A stretch of DNA of 64,000 nt from a virus, in IMG/VR virus record IMGVR_UViG_3300044701_003269, positions 1 to 64,000 of that record, one strand, 5' to 3'. This document shows, piece by piece, positions 1 to 10,243 of the stretch. Positions within the stretch are counted from its first letter, which is position 1, and every line of letters starts with the position of its first letter. A model generated the notes under the pieces. It saw nothing but the letters and a program-made list of their open reading frames with translations. It made no database searches and had not been told where the DNA came from. Position numbers and translations under genes: made by a program.

Positions 1-26
1 TGCGTAAGACTAAGGCAAATAAGGAT

Positions 27-1769
27 ATGGTAAAGGCTGCTAGAAAGTCTATGGGAATTGAAGAGGAAAGAAATGATGAGCCTGGTGAAGGCACAAGACA
101 AAAGTATGGTGATATGCGTGGTTTAGACCGTAGTGGTGCTCCAACATCATTTGGTGGAAAGTGGCAAAGTAAAGACAGAAAGGCAGCAGGTGCAGCAGCT
201 CTTGCTAAACTTAATAAGGAAGAAATTGAAATTGGTGAAGCAGAGGAAAAGGATCCTTTTGGAAGACCAGGTGGTAAGTATGGTGGAGTTCCCAAAAAGG
301 GTGGTGGATATGATAGAGGTTATCAGGCGATGCAGAAAAAACTTAAAGAGTTGGATAAATTAAAAAAAGAAGAAACTGAAATAGAAGAAGCAGTAAAGGG
401 TGCTGACCCAGAGATGAGAAAAGCAGCATCTGATGAAAGAAGAGAAGGTGATAAAAGACTTTCTCCTTCTAAAGGAAAAGGTTATGCAGACCAGCAAAAG
501 CAACAAATTTCTTATATGGATAAAGTAACCAAGAAGAATAAGAATGTGGTTGGTCTTGTTACCAAGGAAGCATTAGACCCAGTAGGTAAAGAAGATGCTG
601 ATATTGATAATGATGGCGATACTGATAAGTCCGATAAGTATCTCCATAATCGTCGTAAGGCAGTTGGTAAGGCAATTGCTAAGAAGAAAGGGATGAAGGA
701 AGGTTTCTCAAACTGGAGACAAGACCTTTCTGAGGTTATGGATGATGCTGAAGCAACTAAAGAAATTAAAGAAAAGAAGGTTAATAATAAGGTAAAGACT
801 TCTGCTATGGGCGGAGGTATTAAATTAGGTGAAGCAGTAGAGGAGATTGGTGGAACTCTGCTTGAAATGGTTGAAATTGATGAAGTAGATTACATTATTG
901 AAAGTGCATATAATGAGCTTATTGAAGAGGGTTATGATGAGAATGATATTGAAGAAGCACTTGAGTATGCGCTAACTGAAGCAAAAGTAACTTTCGGACA
1001 CGATACTTCTTCAACCGAAAAGAAAAAAGAAGGTCTTTTAAGTGCTGCTAGAAAGAAACTTTCTGGTGCAAAAGCATCTGCAAAGGCAGCAGTTGCAAGA
1101 GGAGCAAGAAAGGTTGCTAAAGGTGCATTAGGTGTTGCACGTAAAATGGAAGGTGGAGATAAGGCACCAAAAGCAACAGAAAGAAAACCATCAACATATC
1201 GTGGCGCCGGCGCAGGAACCAAAGAAAAAGTAAGTAGTGGTTCTTATACTGCTCCAACCAAGAAGAAGGCAGAAAAACCTGCTGATCCTTGGGAAGGAAC
1301 TGCAAGCACTCCACCCAAAGCAAAGGCAAAGAAGGCTGCTGCTCCTAAAGCAAAAGCACCTGCTACTCCAAAGAGAAAGAGAAAAGCAAGCAAATTGGAT
1401 TCTTTACTTACTTCAATAAGAAGTGAAGAGGTGCAGATTGATGAGAAGGCACTTAGCAAGCAGCAGCAAAAGTTTATGGGAATGGTTTATGCTGTAAAGA
1501 AAGGTGAAATGGAAGCACCTTCACCTGAAGTTGCAAAGGCAGCCGCAGGAATGACTAAGCAGCAGGCCAAGGATTTTGCTAAGACTAAGCACAAGGGTCT
1601 TCCTCAAGTTAAAGAAGCAATGGATGATTCTGTTGAAACATCATCAACAGCGTCTGGAACATCACCAGTTGATGATAAGAAAATGGAACAGCAGAGAAAG
1701 AAAATCCAAATGCAAAAAGTTAGAGACCTAACAGTGCGTCTCGCAGCAGCAAGAAAGGGTGTTTATTAA
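27..1769 (+). CDS. Large Lys/Glu-rich protein, probable internal head protein; may extend 5' beyond the window
   Basis: Highly charged 580 aa ORF; frame open to window edge; repeated (I/L/V/M)-x-E junctions; DxDNDGD motif and C-terminal SKQQQKFMG...DFAKTKHKGLP module typical of cyanomyovirus proteins. Confidence 0.55.
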   Translation: MVKAARKSMGIEEERNDEPGEGTRQKYGDMRGLDRSGAPTSFGGKWQSKDRKAAGAAALAKLNKEEIEIGEAEEKDPFGRPGGKYGGVPKKGGGYDRGYQAMQKKLKELDKLKKEETEIEEAVKGADPEMRKAASDERREGDKRLSPSKGKGYADQQKQQISYMDKVTKKNKNVVGLVTKEALDPVGKEDADIDNDGDTDKSDKYLHNRRKAVGKAIAKKKGMKEGFSNWRQDLSEVMDDAEATKEIKEKKVNNKVKTSAMGGGIKLGEAVEEIGGTLLEMVEIDEVDYIIESAYNELIEEGYDENDIEEALEYALTEAKVTFGHDTSSTEKKKEGLLSAARKKLSGAKASAKAAVARGARKVAKGALGVARKMEGGDKAPKATERKPSTYRGAGAGTKEKVSSGSYTAPTKKKAEKPADPWEGTASTPPKAKAKKAAAPKAKAPATPKRKRKASKLDSLLTSIRSEEVQIDEKALSKQQQKFMGMVYAVKKGEMEAPSPEVAKAAAGMTKQQAKDFAKTKHKGLPQVKEAMDDSVETSSTASGTSPVDDKKMEQQRKKIQMQKVRDLTVRLAAARKGVY

Positions 1770-1827
1770 TCTGATTTTAACAAAACTATTTTCTAAATAG
1801 TTTTGAATCCACTATTCGGAGGACATC

Positions 1828-2001
1828 ATGGGCGCACTAGTAGAGGTTGTAAAACCACTTATTCTCGCTGCTATGAATTCTTGCCACACTAAGCGTCTTG
1901 TAGTTGAACTACTTGAGCGTTATGTGAATACTACAGATAATGATATTGATAATGTAATTGCCGCATCAGTAAGAACTGCACTTCTTAAGAATTGTAAGTG
2001 A
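1828..2001 (+). CDS. Hypothetical protein, 57 aa (MGALVEVVKPLIL...)
   Basis: GGAGG RBS upstream, CTAAATA late-promoter-like site near 1793; below ORF track cut-off. Confidence 0.65.
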   Translation: MGALVEVVKPLILAAMNSCHTKRLVVELLERYVNTTDNDIDNVIAASVRTALLKNCK

Positions 2002-2165
2002 TTACTTGTCTAGTAACAAACTGGGGAATAACTGTTATCCTTGGTTTGTTGCTTACCGCATCTGAGTGGTTAGCAAAGACAAAAAAATTTGAGGAAAATG
2101 GTCTATTAGATTTAATAACTCACTTTTTAAAAACAGTTTTAAAACATAAGAGAGGCCAAAAGTAA
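1998..2165 (+). CDS. Small membrane protein, 55 aa
   Basis: GTG start overlapping previous stop (GTGA); one hydrophobic helix and a basic C-terminus. Confidence 0.55.
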   Translation: MITCLVTNWGITVILGLLLTASEWLAKTKKFEENGLLDLITHFLKTVLKHKRGQK

Positions 2166-2178
2166 GGTCTCTCTTTTT

Positions 2179-2186
2179 TATAAATA
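2179..2186 (+). promoter_or_regulatory. T4-type late promoter TATAAATA
   Basis: Exact gp55 consensus 32 nt upstream of a structural gene. Confidence 0.75.
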
Positions 2187-2217
2187 TTCATAGCAAATAT
2201 TTTTTACGGAAAAGAAC

Positions 2218-2985
2218 ATGGCACTCTGGGGAGACAAAGATAACATTTATTCTGGTGGCACCGTATCTTTAGATTATCAAACTGGTGTTGTAACTGGAAG
2301 CGGCACCACTTTTGGTAACGTTGGAGCTGCTGGAACGGGAGACGTTATCCGTTTCGGTGAAGTGGTTGGCGGCACTTATTACGGCGATGCTGTAATTGTT
2401 GGAATTGCTAGCACAACACAACTCACGATTGGTTCTACGGCTGGACTTAGTGGCGCTACTATTTCTGGTGCTGAATTTACAGTAAATCAGCAACCAAAGT
2501 ATGGTGTTCTTGACGTTCACTATAGTCAAAAGTATGAATCAACTGCTGAAACAATTAATGCAGTTGTAACCACTGCATCAGCACCTGGAGCTGGTGTAGG
2601 AACCGATGTTGTTGCTATCGCTAGCACCACTGGCATTCTTGTTTCCGATACTTTGACTGCTGCAGGTGGAGTAAGTGCTGAAGTTACTTCAATTGGCGCT
2701 ACAACAGTTTCTCTTGGTTCTACCATCTCTGCAGGAATTGCAACTGATGCAACAGTTACCTTCACTCGTGTAACTGGTGGTTATAATTCTTATATCGCTG
2801 GTGTTTCTACAACTGGTGTTGGACTCGCTCAATCAACTGCATATGAAGTTGGAACTGGTTGGGTTGGAGTTACTACTTACAAGGACGCTGAAGGAAACCT
2901 CAGAGTTAAGAAAGAAATTCTAGTTGCAATGTCTGGCATTCAGACAGGTAATGTTCCTGTTTATGATGCAGACCCAACCATCTGA
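2218..2985 (+). CDS. Virion structural protein (MALWG-type)
   Basis: Gly/Thr/Val-rich beta-type composition; MALWG N-terminus and GWVGVTTY...LRVKKEILVAMS C-terminus; late promoter. Confidence 0.6.
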   Translation: MALWGDKDNIYSGGTVSLDYQTGVVTGSGTTFGNVGAAGTGDVIRFGEVVGGTYYGDAVIVGIASTTQLTIGSTAGLSGATISGAEFTVNQQPKYGVLDVHYSQKYESTAETINAVVTTASAPGAGVGTDVVAIASTTGILVSDTLTAAGGVSAEVTSIGATTVSLGSTISAGIATDATVTFTRVTGGYNSYIAGVSTTGVGLAQSTAYEVGTGWVGVTTYKDAEGNLRVKKEILVAMSGIQTGNVPVYDADPTI

Positions 2986-2991
2986 TAATAT

Positions 2992-3378
2992 ATGATTTTT
3001 AATGAACTGAATGAGGACAATTTCCTCTTATTCGCTATTAAGAATTATGAGAATCCTCAGGCGGTAACAAAAGAAGATTTTGATAAGGATCTTAATCATT
3101 TCAAATATATTAAAAGACTTTTGAAACGATACAAGAATACGGGTCAGTTAAAAACTCATCTTCTTCTTAATCATTTTATTATTCTTTATAATATTTTTGG
3201 TGAGGCTGCAACTCCAATGCTTTTTTTTAAAATAGAAAAAGAGTTGTGGTCTCCTATGAAAACATTTATGATTTTTTTGGATAAAATACCTGAATACCCT
3301 AAGTGTCATATTCATAGTATTCCAACAGATTCAATTTGTTTACAAGAACTTCAAAGCATCTTCAAACCAAATGAATAA
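2992..3378 (+). CDS. Conserved T4-like cyanophage hypothetical protein
   Basis: NFLLFAIKNYENPQ...LLLNHFIILYNIFG family usually found upstream of primase. Confidence 0.7.
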   Translation: MIFNELNEDNFLLFAIKNYENPQAVTKEDFDKDLNHFKYIKRLLKRYKNTGQLKTHLLLNHFIILYNIFGEAATPMLFFKIEKELWSPMKTFMIFLDKIPEYPKCHIHSIPTDSICLQELQSIFKPNE

Positions 3379-3580
3379 GATCGATAAGATTATTGATATT
3401 GTTAGAAAGAATATCCAAGAAGAGATTGCAACGAATGCTGCGAGTAGTGGTAATTTTGCTGGTCTTCCGCCAGATGAACCTCCTGTTAGAGTGAGGAAAA
3501 AAGAAAGAAAGTATATGAAGAGTCCTGGTAGAAAAATTTGGCTAGAATTCCTCAGATCCTCCAATGGCAGAAGAAGTTAA
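3371..3580 (+). CDS. Hypothetical protein
   Basis: Overlapping operon arrangement. Confidence 0.6.
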   Translation: MNKIDKIIDIVRKNIQEEIATNAASSGNFAGLPPDEPPVRVRKKERKYMKSPGRKIWLEFLRSSNGRRS

Positions 3581-3947
3581 AGTGGCTCTATTAGAGCAAA
3601 AACTTGAAGACTTAAAAGATATCATCGTCAAGATAGATGATGCTATCGAAAAAATGAGTGAGGTAAATAGTAATGTAAGCAGGATGCTTGCCGTCCATGA
3701 ACAAAGAATTACCAAACAAGAAGAAGTTGACAACTTACTCTTTACTAAAATTGACAAACTCCGTGATAAAGTTGACAGGGATTATGACGCACTTGTTACG
3801 AGAGTACAGACCATAGAAAAAAGAGTGTGGATGGCAATTGGAGCCATTGCTTGTATAACTTTTTTAGTCAATAATACTCGTGTCATTGAAATCTTGACAC
3901 CAGAACCACAAGCATCTATAATAGAGCAACGCAACTTTAAGGTTTGA
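3564..3947 (+). CDS. Coiled-coil protein with C-terminal transmembrane helix
   Basis: Heptad pattern followed by VWMAIGAIACITFLV. Confidence 0.65.
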   Translation: MAEEVKVALLEQKLEDLKDIIVKIDDAIEKMSEVNSNVSRMLAVHEQRITKQEEVDNLLFTKIDKLRDKVDRDYDALVTRVQTIEKRVWMAIGAIACITFLVNNTRVIEILTPEPQASIIEQRNFKV

Positions 3948-3949
3948 TT

Positions 3950-4918
3950 ATGGATTTTGTTGATGTTAAATACATCAATTTGATTTCTTCTCGTCTTCAG
4001 AAATTTAAAAAAGTAAAGAATAATCTTTATAATTTTAGATGTCCTATCTGTGGAGATTCTCAGAGGAACAAGAATAAAGCAAGGGGATATCTTTATCAAG
4101 TAAAAAACAATACAAACTTTAAGTGCCACAATTGTGGAGTTAATGTATCCTTTAATAACTTTTTAAAGCAAGTAGATTCTGTTGTTTACAAGCAGTATAC
4201 TTTTGAAAAGTTTAAAGAAGGAAAAACAGGAAAGAACTTTGCAGTAGAAGAACCTGTGTTTCATTTTGAAGCACCAAAGTTTAAGACAAAACTAGATTTG
4301 CCTAAAGCATCAGAAAATGCTGACGCAAAGGAATATTTAGAAAATAGAAATTTAAATCCGGATAAATTTTATTACACAGATAAATTTAAATCGTGGACAA
4401 ATTCTTTAAAAGATGTCTTCGATGATACCATTGTAGATGAACCTAGGATTATTATTCCTTTGTTCTATCAAAATACTCTAGTTGGATTTCAAGGCCGAGC
4501 ACTTGGTCCAAGTAAGATCAAATACATTACAGTAATGCTTGATGATGATGCACCAAAAATCTATGGTCTCGATGAGATTGAAAAAAGTAAAACTGTCTAC
4601 ATCACGGAAGGTCCATTCGACTCAACTTTCATTCGCAACGCGATTGCTCTTTGTGGAGCTGACGGTGATATTGGTAAGTGGGGTATTGACAATTGTGTTT
4701 GGATCTATGATAACGAACCAAGGAATGCTGAAATCCATCGCAGAATCGAACAATGTATCAGTAGAGGAGATAAGGTCGTAATATGGCCTTCCAACATAAA
4801 GGAAAAAGATATTAATGATATGACACTATCTGGACTTGATGTTCAGTCTGTGATAGAATTAAATACATATTCTGGATTAGAAGCAAAACTTAAATTTACT
4901 AATTGGAAGAAAATATGA
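3950..4918 (+). CDS. gp61: DNA primase (T4 gp61-like)
   Basis: Zn ribbon CPICGDS...CHNC, GFQGR, TOPRIM EGPFDS, DNEPRN, KDIND. Confidence 0.95.
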   Translation: MDFVDVKYINLISSRLQKFKKVKNNLYNFRCPICGDSQRNKNKARGYLYQVKNNTNFKCHNCGVNVSFNNFLKQVDSVVYKQYTFEKFKEGKTGKNFAVEEPVFHFEAPKFKTKLDLPKASENADAKEYLENRNLNPDKFYYTDKFKSWTNSLKDVFDDTIVDEPRIIIPLFYQNTLVGFQGRALGPSKIKYITVMLDDDAPKIYGLDEIEKSKTVYITEGPFDSTFIRNAIALCGADGDIGKWGIDNCVWIYDNEPRNAEIHRRIEQCISRGDKVVIWPSNIKEKDINDMTLSGLDVQSVIELNTYSGLEAKLKFTNWKKI

Positions 4919-7212
4919 GTAACGGAACAAAAGTACAAAAGCGTGATGGTCGAATTGAACCTCTCGACCTTGATAAGATGCATTTGATGGTTGAGGAGGC
5001 GTGTAAGGGTCTTGCAGGGGTCTCTGCAAGTCAAGTTGAAATGAAGTCTGGTATTCAATTTTATGATGGAATCTCTACCGGAGAGATTCAAGAAATTCTA
5101 ATTCGTAGTGCAAGTGATCTTATTGATCTGGATCATCCAAACTATCAATATGTTGCTGCTCGTTTGCTTCTGTTCTCAGTTCGCAAACAACTTTATGGGA
5201 AGATGAAAGAACTTCCTACACTAGAACAGCACATTATCGATTGTGTCTCTGCTGAGGTATATGATAATGATATTTACAACAAATACTCTCAAGAAGAAAT
5301 TGCAAAAGCTGATAGTTGGATTGATCATGAGCGTGACATGCTATTCACTTATGCAGGTCTACGTCAGGTCGTTGATAAGTACCTCGTGCAAGATAGAAGC
5401 AGTGGCGGTGTATATGAAACACCACAGTTTATGTACATGATGATTGCTTTGACTATCTTTGCGGAGTATCCAAAAGAAACTAGAATGTCATATGTAAAGA
5501 GGTATTATGACGCAATCTCAAAACACAAAATCAACATCCCAACACCAATCATGGCAGGAGTGCGGACTCCGCTTAGACAATTTGCTAGCTGTGTGCTTGT
5601 TGACGTTGATGACACCCTCGATAGTATCTTTAGTAGCGATATGGCTATTGGCAGATACGTTGCACAGAGGGCGGGGATCGGCATCAACGCTGGTCGCATC
5701 CGTGGCATCAACAGCAAAATCAGAGGTGGAGAAGTTCAACACACGGGTGTTGTACCATTTCTCAAGAAGTTTGAAGCAACTGTCAGATGTTGCACGCAAA
5801 ATGGCATACGAGGTGGATCCGCGACAGTCCACTTCCCAATCTGGCACCAAGAAATAGAAGACATTCTAGTTCTTAAAAATAACAAGGGTACGGAGGATAA
5901 TCGAGTTCGTAAACTTGACTACTCTATTCAGATTTCAAAGTTGTTCTATGAAAGGTTTATCAAAGATGAAGAGGTTACTCTCTTCAGTCCCCATGACGTA
6001 CCTGGACTTTATGATTCTTTCGGACTCCCTAGTTTTGATGATCTCTACGTTTCGTATGAGAACGATCCGTCCGTTCCGAAAAAGACTATTAAAGCGCAAG
6101 AACTCATTCTCAACCTCCTTAAAGAAAGGGCTGAAACGGGTCGTATCTACATCATGAATATCGACCATTGCAATTCTCACTCATCCTTTAAGGATAAAGT
6201 TGAGATGAGCAATCTTTGTCAGGAAATCACTTTGCCAACTTATCCAATCCAGCATATTGATGATACGAGTGGTGAGATTGCACTTTGCATTCTTTCTGCT
6301 ATCAATGTTGGTAAGGTTAAGTCTGATGATGAACTTGAGGAACTTTGTGAACTTTCGGTTCGCGGACTTGATGAGTTGATTGACTATCAAAAATACCCCG
6401 TAGCAGCAGCGGAGATCGCCACCAAGGCACGTCGTTCTCTTGGAATAGGGTTTATTGGTCTTGCACACTATTTGGCAAAATTGGGATTCAATTATGGAGA
6501 CCAGGAGGCCTGGGATGCAGTTCATGGACTTTCAGAGTCTTTCCAATATTATCTTCTCAAAGCATCTAATCAACTTGCTAAAGAGAAAGGGCATTGCGAA
6601 TACTTTGGTCGTACTAAGTATGCAGATGGAATTCTTCCAGTTGATACTTATAAAAAGGATGTGGATGAAATTACTACAAATAACCTAACACATGATTGGG
6701 AAACTCTTAGAGCATCTATCTTGGAATACGGCCTCAGGCACTCAACTCTGTCCGCACAGATGCCTTCGGAGAGTAGCTCCGTTGTGTCAAACGCAACTAA
6801 CGGTATCGAACCACCTAGAGATTACTTGTCCGTTAAGAAATCAAAGAAAGGACCTCTTAAGCAAATTGTTCCACAATATCAAACTCTCAAGAACAACTAT
6901 ACGCTTTTATGGGATATGCCTAACAATACTGGGTATATTAATGTTGTTGCAGTGATGCAAAAGTTCTTCGATCAAGCAATTTCTGGTAACTGGAGTTACA
7001 ATCCAGAAAACTATGATAACAATGAAGTTCCTACTTCAGTTATGGCAAATGACTTTTTGACTACATACAAATATGGGTGGAAAACTTCTTACTATCAAAA
7101 CACTTATGATATTAAGACTGATGAGGTGGTAGAAGAGAAACCCAATCTTAAAGATTTGCTAAGTGAGTTAAGTTCAGTAGAGGAGGGAGAGTGTGAATCC
7201 TGTGCAGTTTAA
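4915..7212 (+). CDS. nrdA: Class Ia ribonucleotide reductase alpha subunit
   Basis: ATP cone VQKRDG, PTPIMAG, QFASC, SNLCQEI, MPSESSS, C-terminal CESC. Confidence 0.97.
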   Translation: MSNGTKVQKRDGRIEPLDLDKMHLMVEEACKGLAGVSASQVEMKSGIQFYDGISTGEIQEILIRSASDLIDLDHPNYQYVAARLLLFSVRKQLYGKMKELPTLEQHIIDCVSAEVYDNDIYNKYSQEEIAKADSWIDHERDMLFTYAGLRQVVDKYLVQDRSSGGVYETPQFMYMMIALTIFAEYPKETRMSYVKRYYDAISKHKINIPTPIMAGVRTPLRQFASCVLVDVDDTLDSIFSSDMAIGRYVAQRAGIGINAGRIRGINSKIRGGEVQHTGVVPFLKKFEATVRCCTQNGIRGGSATVHFPIWHQEIEDILVLKNNKGTEDNRVRKLDYSIQISKLFYERFIKDEEVTLFSPHDVPGLYDSFGLPSFDDLYVSYENDPSVPKKTIKAQELILNLLKERAETGRIYIMNIDHCNSHSSFKDKVEMSNLCQEITLPTYPIQHIDDTSGEIALCILSAINVGKVKSDDELEELCELSVRGLDELIDYQKYPVAAAEIATKARRSLGIGFIGLAHYLAKLGFNYGDQEAWDAVHGLSESFQYYLLKASNQLAKEKGHCEYFGRTKYADGILPVDTYKKDVDEITTNNLTHDWETLRASILEYGLRHSTLSAQMPSESSSVVSNATNGIEPPRDYLSVKKSKKGPLKQIVPQYQTLKNNYTLLWDMPNNTGYINVVAVMQKFFDQAISGNWSYNPENYDNNEVPTSVMANDFLTTYKYGWKTSYYQNTYDIKTDEVVEEKPNLKDLLSELSSVEEGECESCAV

Positions 7213-8380
7213 GATTTCTTCAATAGAAGAACCAACACAGATTAAAGGAATGACAGTTTTTAATACTGAGCAAGTGAATACCAAAAAGCAACCAATGTTT
7301 TTTGGAAAACCTTTGGGAGTTCAGAGATACGATTCATACAAATATCCCGTATTCGATAAACTGACTACTCAGCAACTAGGTTACTTCTGGAGACCTGAAG
7401 AGGTTTCTCTCCAGAAGGACCGTGGAGATTATCAAACACTTCGCCCTGAGCAGAAGCATATCTATACTTCTAACTTGAAGTATCAGATCATGTTGGACTC
7501 TATTCAAGGTCGTGGACCTGGTATGGCTTTCATTCCATACTGCTCACTTCCCGAATTGGAAGCATGTATGGAAGTGTGGGGATTCATGGAAATGATTCAC
7601 TCGCGTTCATACACGTATATCATTAAAAATGTATATTCAGACCCAAGTGAGGTGTTTGATAAAATTGTGACTGATGAGCGTATTCTGGAGCGTGCTAAGA
7701 GCGTTACAGAATCATATGATGACTTCATTCAATCATCGCAACAGTATGGTGTGTCTGATGCTTGGATGCACAATCTTGAAGGAGTATCATACGCAAAGGA
7801 AACACTTAATGACGTTAAACGAAAACTCTACAGAGCAGTCGCAAACGTTAACATTCTTGAAGGTATTCGCTTCTACGTTAGTTTTGCTTGTAGTTTCGCC
7901 TTTGGCGAACTTAAGCTTATGGAAGGATCCGCTAAAATCATTAGTCTCATCGCAAGAGACGAAAACCAACATCTAGCTATCACTCAGAACATTTTGAACA
8001 AATGGCGCGATGGTGATGATCCAGAAATGAAGCAGATTATGAAAGAGGAAGAAGAGTGGACATATGCTATGTTTGATCGTGCTGTAAATGAAGAAAAGCG
8101 TTGGGCAGATTATCTGTTCAAAGATGGAAGCATGATTGGACTAAACGATAAACTTCTTCAACAATACGTTGAGTGGATTGCCAATAGAAGACTTAAAGCG
8201 ATTGGACTAAAACCTCAATACGATATCTCAGCAAACAATAATCCACTTCCTTGGACTCAGCACTGGATTTCCTCTAAAGGTCTCCAGGTGGCTCCCCAGG
8301 AAACAGAAGTAGAAAGTTATGTAGTAGGTGGAATCAAACAGGATGTGAAAAAAGACACATTCAGTGGTTTCAAACTGTAA
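7193..8380 (+). CDS. nrdB: Class Ia ribonucleotide reductase beta subunit
   Basis: FWRPEEV, EMIHSRSY, LEGIRFYVSF, RDENQH, PQETEVESY. Confidence 0.97.
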   Translation: MNPVQFKISSIEEPTQIKGMTVFNTEQVNTKKQPMFFGKPLGVQRYDSYKYPVFDKLTTQQLGYFWRPEEVSLQKDRGDYQTLRPEQKHIYTSNLKYQIMLDSIQGRGPGMAFIPYCSLPELEACMEVWGFMEMIHSRSYTYIIKNVYSDPSEVFDKIVTDERILERAKSVTESYDDFIQSSQQYGVSDAWMHNLEGVSYAKETLNDVKRKLYRAVANVNILEGIRFYVSFACSFAFGELKLMEGSAKIISLIARDENQHLAITQNILNKWRDGDDPEMKQIMKEEEEWTYAMFDRAVNEEKRWADYLFKDGSMIGLNDKLLQQYVEWIANRRLKAIGLKPQYDISANNNPLPWTQHWISSKGLQVAPQETEVESYVVGGIKQDVKKDTFSGFKL

Positions 8381-8401
8381 TAATATACAAAAACTTTATT
8401 G

Positions 8402-8429
8402 GAGGGGTGTGGAAACTCCCCTCTTTTTT
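8402..8429 (+). terminator. Rho-independent terminator after nrdB
   Basis: GAGGGG...CCCCTC stem followed by T run. Confidence 0.7.
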
Positions 8430-8482
8430 GTATAAAATAAAAATAAATAATTCTTAACAATACTTAACGCAAATAATAAAAA

Positions 8483-10195
8483 ATGCCTTATCCTGTTACT
8501 TTAGAAGATTTGCTAAGTCAAAAGACCTCATTATCTTCAAGTTCCGAAGATTCAGTTTTAGATGTAAAGTCTCCATATGTTATTTTTGTCGGCAATGAAG
8601 GATCTGAAAAACTTGAGAGTAAGATACAATCAATGCTTAGTGATGTTGGTGTAGATTCGGCACCAACTAAAGTTTTTTCTGAACTTAATGGATTCACAGT
8701 AGATATTACAGAGTCTCAAGCAGAACAACTAAAGGGTGTCGGTGGTGTAAAAAGTATTGAAAAAGATTTACCTGTTTTCTTTGAGTCTCCTGTTGCCGAG
8801 GCACTAAAGTCAAGGTCAAGGTCTAAGTTAAAAACAAAAGTCACAACATCTTCGTTGTCAAGTTACAATGATGGTTTTGCTGGCACTGGAGAATATCTCC
8901 CTTGGGGAGTTCGTGCTGTATGGCAGGGGCAAGATGTTTCTACAAAAGGAAACTTTGCGAGTGATAGTTATGTTTTTGTTATTGATACAGGTGTATCAAA
9001 TACAACTGGGGATTTAAACTTAGCATCTAATAGTACTTGGCACCGCAGTTGGATTCCTGGAGCAACTCCATTTACTGATGATGACGGACACGGAACACAC
9101 GTAGCGGGCACTGTTGCTGCTTTGGCAAATGGTATTGGAGTTGTTGGAGTTGCTCCAGGAGCTCAAGTAGTTTCACTGAAGGTATTTGATAGTATTGGTA
9201 GTGGGGCAAGTTATTCAACAATTATAGATGCTATCAATTACGCTGTATCAGTAATTAATACTAACGGTTTAGATAAGAATAAAGTTGTAATCAATATGAG
9301 TCTGGGTGGACCCTTCAGTTCATCTCTAGACAGTGCGGTTAGAAATGCCGCAAATCAAGGAATTAAGTTTGCCATTGCTGCTGGAAATAGTGGTTCTGAT
9401 GCTGATGGTTTCTCTCCTGCTTCTGCTGGGGACAATCCAAATGTCTTTACTGTTTCTGCTGTAGATAAGAACTATAATATGACATCCTGGTCCAACTGGG
9501 ATGGAAATGACAGCGTTGACGATGTTGATGTTGCTGCCCCAGGAGCAGGTGTTCTTTCACTCTATCGTGGTGGACTTTCATACCTAAGCGGAACCTCTAT
9601 GGCCGCGCCACACGTTGCTGGATTATTGTTAGCAGGTGGGGTTACTCGTGGAAGTCTTGTTAATCCTTATTACACTGGCACGGCTGACCCATTCGCTGTT
9701 GCTTCAAACACAACATCCACACCAACTCCTACCCCTAGTCCAACTCCAGTTGTTGATAAAGATTTAGTACTTTGGGGTACAACTAGAAGTGATGTAATCA
9801 CAGGTGCTGGGGGTAATGATCGTCTTAGTGGAGTTCTTGCTTCTGGCACTAGTTCTTTTGCTATGGGTGGAGGACAAATTGATGAGATTACCGGTCTTGC
9901 TGGGTCTGATGTATTTGTTTTAGGTGACAGTCGTGGAGTATTCTATAATGATAGAAACTCACGTACTACTGGTACTTCAGACTATGCCTATATTAAAGAT
10001 TTCAAATCTGGTGAAGATAAACTACAACTTCGTAATTCAAATTATTTCCTTGCCTCTTCTAATGGAAACTTATTTTTGTATTGGGATTCTAACTATAATG
10101 GCACTTTCCAAACAAGCGGCCGTAGCCAAGACGAACTGATTGCTGTACTGGGTGGTGTGTCTACATTAACTAACAATGATGTAACTTTCGTGTAA
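8483..10195 (+). CDS. Subtilisin-like S8 serine protease with I9-like prodomain, PT linker and RTX-like Ca-binding tail
   Basis: Catalytic motifs VIDTG, GHGTHVAG, AAGN, SGTSMAAPHVAG; TPTPTPSPTP linker; GAGGNDRLSG/GLAGSDVFVL repeats. Confidence 0.92.
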   Translation: MPYPVTLEDLLSQKTSLSSSSEDSVLDVKSPYVIFVGNEGSEKLESKIQSMLSDVGVDSAPTKVFSELNGFTVDITESQAEQLKGVGGVKSIEKDLPVFFESPVAEALKSRSRSKLKTKVTTSSLSSYNDGFAGTGEYLPWGVRAVWQGQDVSTKGNFASDSYVFVIDTGVSNTTGDLNLASNSTWHRSWIPGATPFTDDDGHGTHVAGTVAALANGIGVVGVAPGAQVVSLKVFDSIGSGASYSTIIDAINYAVSVINTNGLDKNKVVINMSLGGPFSSSLDSAVRNAANQGIKFAIAAGNSGSDADGFSPASAGDNPNVFTVSAVDKNYNMTSWSNWDGNDSVDDVDVAAPGAGVLSLYRGGLSYLSGTSMAAPHVAGLLLAGGVTRGSLVNPYYTGTADPFAVASNTTSTPTPTPSPTPVVDKDLVLWGTTRSDVITGAGGNDRLSGVLASGTSSFAMGGGQIDEITGLAGSDVFVLGDSRGVFYNDRNSRTTGTSDYAYIKDFKSGEDKLQLRNSNYFLASSNGNLFLYWDSNYNGTFQTSGRSQDELIAVLGGVSTLTNNDVTFV

Positions 10196-10243
10196 TAATA
10201 TAATAAAACTTTATAGATAGGGGAGACAACCTCCCCATTTTTT

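Noticed and set aside
4915-8380. Intein or intron in nrdA/nrdB
   Set aside because: Lengths and motifs are continuous; no splice-junction motifs seen.
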